A stretch of DNA of 18,248 bases, from positions 1 through 18,248 of IMG/VR virus record IMGVR_UViG_3300045988_132161. One strand, given 5' to 3'. Below the pieces are notes generated by a model. The model saw only the letters and a program-made list of their open reading frames with translations, was not told where the DNA came from and made no database searches. Each line of letters opens with the position of its first letter. Within the stretch, counting starts at the first letter, position 1. The position numbers were made by a program, and so were the translations under genes. Positions 13,773 through 18,248 of the stretch are shown here, in pieces. Source of the DNA: a virus.

Positions 13773-15029
13773 TTGAGCAATCAAAGCATGTTTGCGATGT
13801 ATGCGATCGGCAAGGTCGAATCAGGCAATTCGTGGACTTCGGTGAACTACAATGATCCGATCACCTTGGGGATGATGCAATGGTATGGGACCCGCGCCTA
13901 CGGCCTGCTCGACAAGGGCCGTAGGGAGGATCCTGTCGGATGGACGGGATTCGAACGGGATGCGCCCACCTTGGCCGGACAGGTCGAAGCCAATGCCATC
14001 GACTGGACCGGCCGATACCTGACCCGTGCGGAAGGCAACGCGTTCATCACATGGGCCAGCCGCAGCGAATTCCACAAGGTCGAACAGGACCTGTGGGAAT
14101 CCGACTATGCGGCGTACTCCGCCACGTGCGACGATTATGGCTTCCCGGCGGGCAATGTCAGGGAGCGTATCTTCTTCATGAGCATGTACCATCAGTCGCC
14201 GCAGCGTGCGCTGGTGGTATTGGGCAATGTCAGCGCCACCGGATCGCTTGAACTGTTCCACACCACCGCGCTCAACGATGCCATCCTCGGCCGCTATCCA
14301 AGCCGATACGATACCGTCTACCGGCTGTTGCGCGATTGGGATGGGACGGGCGCCCCGCCTGACTTCGGACAGTCCGGCAGCATCGACGTCACGCCGGGCG
14401 GCAATGGTCCCGCCATCGAATCCAAGCCGAAGAACACGCGTTGGATTCACGTGCAGGGGGATGGCATGTATTTGCATGACGGCGGCAAGGTGAGCATATT
14501 CCATCACACCACCGCCCAGAATTGGGTCGAAAGCGTGCAACAAGGCAACGAAATTTCAGGCGGGCAGACCGGGGGAGGCAGCAGTAGCGGCAGCGCCACG
14601 TCGGACCAGAGGAAAGTGTACGACCTGTACCTGTCATGGCAGGGACGGTTCGCCTACTCTCAGGCCGGGGGACGGTTGGATCCGCTCCATACCGGCTATG
14701 GTGACTGTTCGAGTACGATCTGGCGGGCGTATCAGGATGCGCTCGGCATCGACGTGGGCACGTGGACCGGAGCGATGAAAGGCAAAGGCAGACGCGTCTG
14801 TTCCAGTGATGGTACGGGCGTGGAGGAAGCGTTGAAGAACGCGCAGACCGGCGACCTGCTATTGCTGTGTTGGGGGTATGATTACGTCAACTATGATCAT
14901 GTCGAAATGGCCGCCGGAGACGGGTCTCATTGTCTTGGCCATGGCGGGCCGGGCAACGGGCCGACGTTGAAGGATATGGGGGCTACCATGCGGGCCGCCG
15001 CGACATGGGAGATTCGACGGTATGTCTGA
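13773..15029 (+). CDS. Tail-associated peptidoglycan hydrolase (gp13 analogue): N-terminal lytic transglycosylase-like domain plus C-terminal NlpC/P60 endopeptidase
   Basis: TTG at 13773 lies 8 nt after GGAGAG; ATG at 13788 is an alternative start. The N-terminus has GKVESGNSW...ITLGMMQW (SLT-type ES and GLMQ motifs). A Gly/Ser linker follows. The C-terminus has GYGDCSSTIWRAY (catalytic Cys), GDLLLL and YDHVEM (His), typical of NlpC/P60. Confidence 0.75.
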   Translation: MSNQSMFAMYAIGKVESGNSWTSVNYNDPITLGMMQWYGTRAYGLLDKGRREDPVGWTGFERDAPTLAGQVEANAIDWTGRYLTRAEGNAFITWASRSEFHKVEQDLWESDYAAYSATCDDYGFPAGNVRERIFFMSMYHQSPQRALVVLGNVSATGSLELFHTTALNDAILGRYPSRYDTVYRLLRDWDGTGAPPDFGQSGSIDVTPGGNGPAIESKPKNTRWIHVQGDGMYLHDGGKVSIFHHTTAQNWVESVQQGNEISGGQTGGGSSSGSATSDQRKVYDLYLSWQGRFAYSQAGGRLDPLHTGYGDCSSTIWRAYQDALGIDVGTWTGAMKGKGRRVCSSDGTGVEEALKNAQTGDLLLLCWGYDYVNYDHVEMAAGDGSHCLGHGGPGNGPTLKDMGATMRAAATWEIRRYV

Positions 15030-15040
15030 TCGTAGGAGTG

Positions 15041-15049
15041 TGTTATACT
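15041..15049 (+). promoter_or_regulatory. Promoter P4: extended -10 TGtTATACT
   Basis: TG at 15041..15042 and TATACT at 15044..15049, 12 nt after the lysin stop. The format matches the ITR, P2 and P3 elements. There is no clear -35. Confidence 0.4.
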
Positions 15050-15053
15050 ATAA

Positions 15054-15140
15054 GTGTCGGCATACAAGCATCTGCGAACAACTTCCCTTGGCCGACACGG
15101 GGTGTGACGGTGGTCATGACGTCACACCCCTTTCCCTTAT
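15054..15140 (+). ncRNA. Candidate ~80-nt structured RNA or leader (two hairpins ending in a terminator) upstream of the packaging ATPase
   Basis: Hairpin A pairs GTGTCGGC (15054..15061) with GCCGACAC (15091..15098), extended by CAAG (15065..15068) with CTTG (15087..15090). Hairpin B pairs GGGGTGTGACG (15099..15109) with CGTCACACCCC (15120..15130) and is followed by TTTCCCTTAT. The TSS predicted from P4 is about 15055..15058. Confidence 0.3.
15099..15140 (+). terminator. Rho-independent terminator between the lysin and ATPase genes
   Basis: An 11-bp perfect GC-rich stem with a 10-nt loop, followed by TTTCCCTTAT. Confidence 0.6.
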
Positions 15141-15157
15141 ATGGAGGTGACGTCGAA

Positions 15158-16225
15158 ATGGCATTGCGGACATTGGCTGAAAACGACTATTACGACCTCC
15201 ACAACCTCCTCACCCGTAACGCGCCATGGAACTTCATCATCGGAGCGCGAGGCCTCGGCAAAACCTTCGCCGCGAAACGATACGGCATCAAGGAGTACCT
15301 CAAACACGGGCACGAATTCATCTACCTGCGCCGCACCGACGTGGAACAGAAACGCAAGGAAACCTTCTTCAAAGACATTCAAAGCTTCTTCCCCGACTAC
15401 ACGTTCCGCATCAACGGCGACAAAGGCCAATTGCACAACGACTCGTGGGAAGACAAGGACTGGCGCACATGCTGCCATTTCATCGCCCTCTCCCAAGCCG
15501 GCGGCCTCAAATCAGTCGCCTACCCCAAAGTCCATCTCATCATCTTCGACGAAATATTCCCCGACAACCTACGATTCCTCAGCAATGAAGTCAACTCGTT
15601 CTCCGAATTCTTCAACACCGTGGACAGGTGGCAGGATAGGACGAAAGTATTGTTCCTATCCAACGCCGTACAGCAAGCCAACCCCTACTTCGCGAAATAC
15701 CATCTGGACATCGGCACGCAGCAAGCCAACCATCAGCAATACAGGCTCTACTGCAGCGGCTTCATCTGCCTCGAACTGGCGGATTACGGCGGATTCTCAG
15801 CCAAAGTAGCCAAATCCAGATTCGGCAGGTTCCTGGAACGATACGATGGCGACTATGCGGATTACGCCATTCGAAACAAGTTCCGGGACGAATCCGACAA
15901 GCTCATAGCGGCAATCCCCCCGGACGGTGAACTGTCATACGTTCTGGACACCGCCGACTACGGTCGCTTCGGCATTTGGATGACGATATCCGAAAAGGAC
16001 GGGCACGTGTCACGATACGTGTCACGACGGATACCCAAAGACAACACCCGCCCCACCTACACGCTCAACCCCAACCACGTCGACGAAAAAACATGGTACG
16101 TCAAAAAATCCGACGACGTGGTACGACGACTCACCACCGGATACCGGCTCGGCAAAATCAGATTCGAAAACACCCAAGTCAAAGCGGACTTCGCCCTCAT
16201 CATCGGCAACCTGCTAGGAGCATAG
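15158..16225 (+). CDS. DNA packaging (encapsidation) ATPase, phi29 gp16-like
   Basis: 355 aa. ATG at 15158 lies 10 nt after GGAGG (15143..15147). WNFIIGARGLGKTFAAKRYGIKEYLKHGHEFIYLRR matches phi29 LNFVIGARGIGKSYAMKVYPINRFIKYGEQFIYVRR (Walker A). HLIIFDEIF matches STIVFDEFI (Walker B). FLSNAVQQANPYF matches CLSNAVSVVNPYF. RFGRFL and GKIRFEN match RFGRLI and GYLRFDN. Confidence 0.95.
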   Translation: MALRTLAENDYYDLHNLLTRNAPWNFIIGARGLGKTFAAKRYGIKEYLKHGHEFIYLRRTDVEQKRKETFFKDIQSFFPDYTFRINGDKGQLHNDSWEDKDWRTCCHFIALSQAGGLKSVAYPKVHLIIFDEIFPDNLRFLSNEVNSFSEFFNTVDRWQDRTKVLFLSNAVQQANPYFAKYHLDIGTQQANHQQYRLYCSGFICLELADYGGFSAKVAKSRFGRFLERYDGDYADYAIRNKFRDESDKLIAAIPPDGELSYVLDTADYGRFGIWMTISEKDGHVSRYVSRRIPKDNTRPTYTLNPNHVDEKTWYVKKSDDVVRRLTTGYRLGKIRFENTQVKADFALIIGNLLGA

Positions 16226-16240
16226 AAAGGAAACCCGACA

Positions 16241-16606
16241 ATGACGCAAACGGACATATGGAGCGCCATCGCAATACTGTTCTTCATCACCACGGACTAC
16301 ATCACCGGAGTGATCAAAGCCAGCATGCAAGGCAACCTCAGCTCCAAAAAAATGCGGGAAGGCTTAGGCCACAAGCTCGCCTACCTCGCACTATCAGTCA
16401 CCGCATGGTTCATAGACATGCTGAACACGCACCTCCCCCTCGGCTTCCCCCTCGACATATCCACCTGCGTCATCAGCGGCATCTGCCTCATCGAACTCAC
16501 CTCCATCCTCGAAAACCTCACAGCCATCAACCCGGAACTCAACGACGCCCCATTCATGAACATCTTCGCACAACACGACACCCAGCCAAAACACAAGGAA
16601 AGCTGA
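16241..16606 (+). CDS. Holin (Phage_holin_4_1 / LL-H, TcdE-type)
   Basis: 121 aa. It has the pattern DYITGVIKA...LSSKKMREGLGHKLAYLALSV.....ID...LIELTSILENL and predicted transmembrane segments. It lies immediately upstream of the endolysin. Confidence 0.85.
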   Translation: MTQTDIWSAIAILFFITTDYITGVIKASMQGNLSSKKMREGLGHKLAYLALSVTAWFIDMLNTHLPLGFPLDISTCVISGICLIELTSILENLTAINPELNDAPFMNIFAQHDTQPKHKES

Positions 16607-16609
16607 CCA

Positions 16610-17479
16610 ATGGACGACATCACATGGATAGGCTCACCAAACCACTACAACGGGCGAAACGGCTACACCATCACCCACATCACACTCCACATCATGGTAG
16701 GCCACCTCACCGGAACCGACAACGTCTTCAACCAGCCCACGACACAGGCAAGCGCACACTACGGCATCGGAGCGGACGGCACCATACACCAATACGTCAA
16801 CGAAACGGACGGCAGCTACAGCGACGCCAACTACGCATCCAACAATTCAACCATCAGCATCGAACACGAAGGAGGAAAAGCCGGCATACCATGCACCCAA
16901 GCATGCATGGACGCCAGCGCCCGACTCTGCGCCGACATAGCACGACGACACGGTTGGACACACCTATGGCATGACGGGCTCAACGGCAACATATGGCTCC
17001 ATCGAGAAATACCCGGAACAGACCACTACGGATGCCCCGACAACACCATCAACAGCCTCAACGTACCCTACATCATCAACAAAGCAAACCAACTACTGGC
17101 AACAGGAGACACTATGACAGCAGAAGACGTATGGAACTTCAACCAAAACGGCGTGAAAATGCGCGACCGCATACAAGGCACCGACACGGCCGCAAACAGC
17201 GCCAAAACCGAACTCTTCCGACTATCCACATGGGACAACGACACCCACGCATCCCCACTAGGAAACCTCGTCATCGAACAGCCAATCCAACAAGGAGCCA
17301 AACTCGGCGACCGAATAGCCGGCATCGACGACAAAACCAGCCAACTCATCACCCAAATAGCCGCACTCACCACAGCAGTCAAAACACTCGCCGAACGCAT
17401 AGGAGCCAACCCCGACACCACCACACCAACCACACACAACCAGACCAAGCCAAACCCGACAACCACCACAACACAGTGA
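16610..17479 (+). CDS. Endolysin: N-acetylmuramoyl-L-alanine amidase (Amidase_2 / PGRP fold) with an uncharacterised C-terminal region
   Basis: 289 aa, SD AAGGAAAG upstream. It carries ITLHIMVGH, SAHYGIGADGTIHQYVNE, NNSTISIEHEG and LHREIPGTDHYGCPDN (T7-lysozyme-type Zn ligands His, His, Cys). The C-terminal ~130 aa is coiled-coil-like and ends in a Thr/Pro-rich tail. Confidence 0.85.
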   Translation: MDDITWIGSPNHYNGRNGYTITHITLHIMVGHLTGTDNVFNQPTTQASAHYGIGADGTIHQYVNETDGSYSDANYASNNSTISIEHEGGKAGIPCTQACMDASARLCADIARRHGWTHLWHDGLNGNIWLHREIPGTDHYGCPDNTINSLNVPYIINKANQLLATGDTMTAEDVWNFNQNGVKMRDRIQGTDTAANSAKTELFRLSTWDNDTHASPLGNLVIEQPIQQGAKLGDRIAGIDDKTSQLITQIAALTTAVKTLAERIGANPDTTTPTTHNQTKPNPTTTTTQ

Positions 17480-17504
17480 CAATCCACCGGCAGCAAGCCA
17501 CAAC

Positions 17505-17536
17505 AAAGCCCCTAGGCCAACAAACCTAGGGGCTTT
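17505..17536. terminator. Bidirectional terminator hairpin at the inner edge of the right end
   Basis: AAAGCCCCTAGG, loop ccaacaaa, CCTAGGGGCTTT: a 12-bp stem. On the - strand it is followed by GTTGTGGCTTGC (with the stem's own TTT reading TTTGTTGTGG). On the + strand only the stem-terminal TTT is available. Confidence 0.6.
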
Positions 17537-17543
17537 CCCATAC

Positions 17544-17569
17544 CAACACCAACCACCAACACCAACCAC
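17544..17569. repeat. Tandem 13-bp direct repeat, two copies of CAACACCAACCAC
   Basis: The copies occupy 17544..17556 and 17557..17569 and are identical. Confidence 0.9.
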
Positions 17570-17591
17570 CACACAGCCTCACCAGCAAGCC

Positions 17592-17783
17592 TCACAAGCC
17601 ACACAAACCGCCTCTCCTAGCCCCAACACAACAGCCAAGCCTACCAACCAGCCAAGCCACAAAACACGTCCCACACGCCACCACACAGCCCCACACAGCA
17701 AGCCACACCACACAACCGGAACGACAGGCCGCCGCCACAAACCGGGACGGAAACACGGCAACCCTCACATCAACACCAGCCAT
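17592..17783 (-). CDS. Possible right-end leftward ORF (63 aa, hydrophobic) using the ITR-borne SD and ATG
   Basis: The mirror of the 466 ATG is at 17783..17781. The first 16 aa are identical to the left-end protein, followed by the unique AAACRSGCVVWLAVWGCVVACGTCFVAWLVGRLGCCVGARRGGLCGL. The ORF is bracketed by the ITR promoter and the 17505..17536 terminator. However, G+T-rich DNA yields such V/G/C/W-rich ORFs by chance. Confidence 0.25.
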   Translation of the reverse strand: MAGVDVRVAVFPSRFVAAACRSGCVVWLAVWGCVVACGTCFVAWLVGRLGCCVGARRGGLCGL

Positions 17784-18248
17784 AACAACACTCCCATCAA
17801 TGACTGAACACAACAACAACAACCAAACCCACAACAAGACCAGTACAAAGCAACAACACGTCCCCAACATCCCGCGAAACATCACTGCACATCAAAAACA
17901 GCTCGCAGCCAAGCAAGACGGCAAGAACACCAACAATGAAAACCATTATCAACACACCAACCTCACCACACAACCGGAACGACAAGCCCCACAGGAACCC
18001 CATGGCCAACAACGAAATAAAAAACAGTAATCATTTCACAACCTTTCTTTGAAGTTGATAACTACACTATACCACACACAAAAAAACAACACAACCGGAA
18101 AACGCAAAAAAAGACAGAAAAAATAAAAAAACCAGCAGCAAACTACAACAGAACCACCAACAACCACACACACAAAAAAACAAAAAAAAGAAAACATACC
18201 ATAAAAAAAAATACTATGGGAAAAATTTCCCACAGATCCCACCACTCA
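17735..18248. repeat. Right inverted terminal repeat (514 bp)
   Basis: Mirror copy of 1..514; see the left ITR entry. Confidence 0.95.
18066..18094 (-). promoter_or_regulatory. Mirror copy of ITR promoter a, firing leftward into the right end
   Basis: Reverse complement of 155..183. ACTATA at 18066..18071 is TATAGT on the - strand. Confidence 0.45.

Noticed and set aside
15118-15125. TGACGTCA palindrome, a CRE-like site.
   Set aside because: It is part of the 3' arm and loop edge of terminator hairpin B. It is better explained by RNA structure and the local GACGTC repeats than by a DNA-binding site.
10064-15157. Upstream extensions of ORFs 10064..11140, 13659..15029 and 14930..16225.
   Set aside because: The extensions overlap the preceding genes or run through hairpins and terminators. 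Internal starts with good SD sites exist at 10328, 13773 and 15158, and the homologous or protein-like sequence begins there.
15141-17529. Alternative-frame + strand ORFs 15141..15809, 15226..15588, 15976..16974 (332 aa) and 16993..17529 (178 aa).
   Set aside because: They overlap the ATPase, holin and amidase genes, which have strong homology support. Their products are H/R/P/T-rich strings generated by the A+C-rich composition.
1-18248. Alternative reading of the genome as a tectivirus or other membrane-containing phage, given the ITRs, protein-primed PolB and size of about 15-18 kb.
   Set aside because: The genome has a phi29 gp8-type capsid protein with an Ig-like domain and a gp10-type portal. 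It also has gp9 and gp11 tail parts and a gp16-type ATPase, rather than a double-jelly-roll capsid protein and an FtsK-like ATPase.
1-18248. A search for CRISPR arrays, tRNA or tmRNA genes, integrase or repressor (lysogeny) genes and transposase or IS elements.
   Set aside because: I saw no repeat-spacer periodicity and no cloverleaf-like segments in the few intergenic regions. No ORF has recombinase or HTH-repressor signatures. The genome looks strictly lytic, and all sizeable ORFs are otherwise accounted for.

Overview
This window appears to be a complete 18,248-bp linear genome of a small phi29-type podophage that replicates by protein priming, probably from a fairly GC-rich Gram-positive host. 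It is bounded by 514-bp inverted terminal repeats with no mismatch detected (1..514 is the reverse complement of 17735..18248). Every confidently called gene is on the + strand. The left arm carries three orphan early genes, a p6-like DNA-binding protein, an SSB, a positional terminal-protein candidate and a short, divergent family-B DNA polymerase. The centre carries scaffold, major capsid with Ig-like C-terminus, tail knob, portal, lower collar, a small structural protein, a fibre and a bifunctional tail lysin. The right arm carries the gp16-type packaging ATPase, a holin and an amidase endolysin. I found no integrase, tRNA or CRISPR array. Protein calls rest on by-eye alignment to phi29 proteins recalled from memory, plus motifs, SD sites and translational coupling. 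The points most worth a second look are these. (1) Mirror-image keto/amino strand skew in sharply bounded blocks, with a G+T-rich left end and A+C-rich right end even though all genes share one coding strand. (2) A promoter, two hairpins and a terminator immediately upstream of the packaging ATPase, which could be a small RNA (a pRNA analogue is possible) or an attenuator. (3) A polymerase that seems to lack canonical exonuclease residues and has NTD instead of DTD in motif C. (4) ITRs that contain promoters, an SD and the first 16 codons of a gene, so both ends fire inward. (5) A 10-codon uORF with an SD-sequestering hairpin ahead of a GTG-start portal gene. (6) A fibre combining a GH43-like propeller with a C1q-like head, preceded by a 55-aa paralogue of its own N-terminus.
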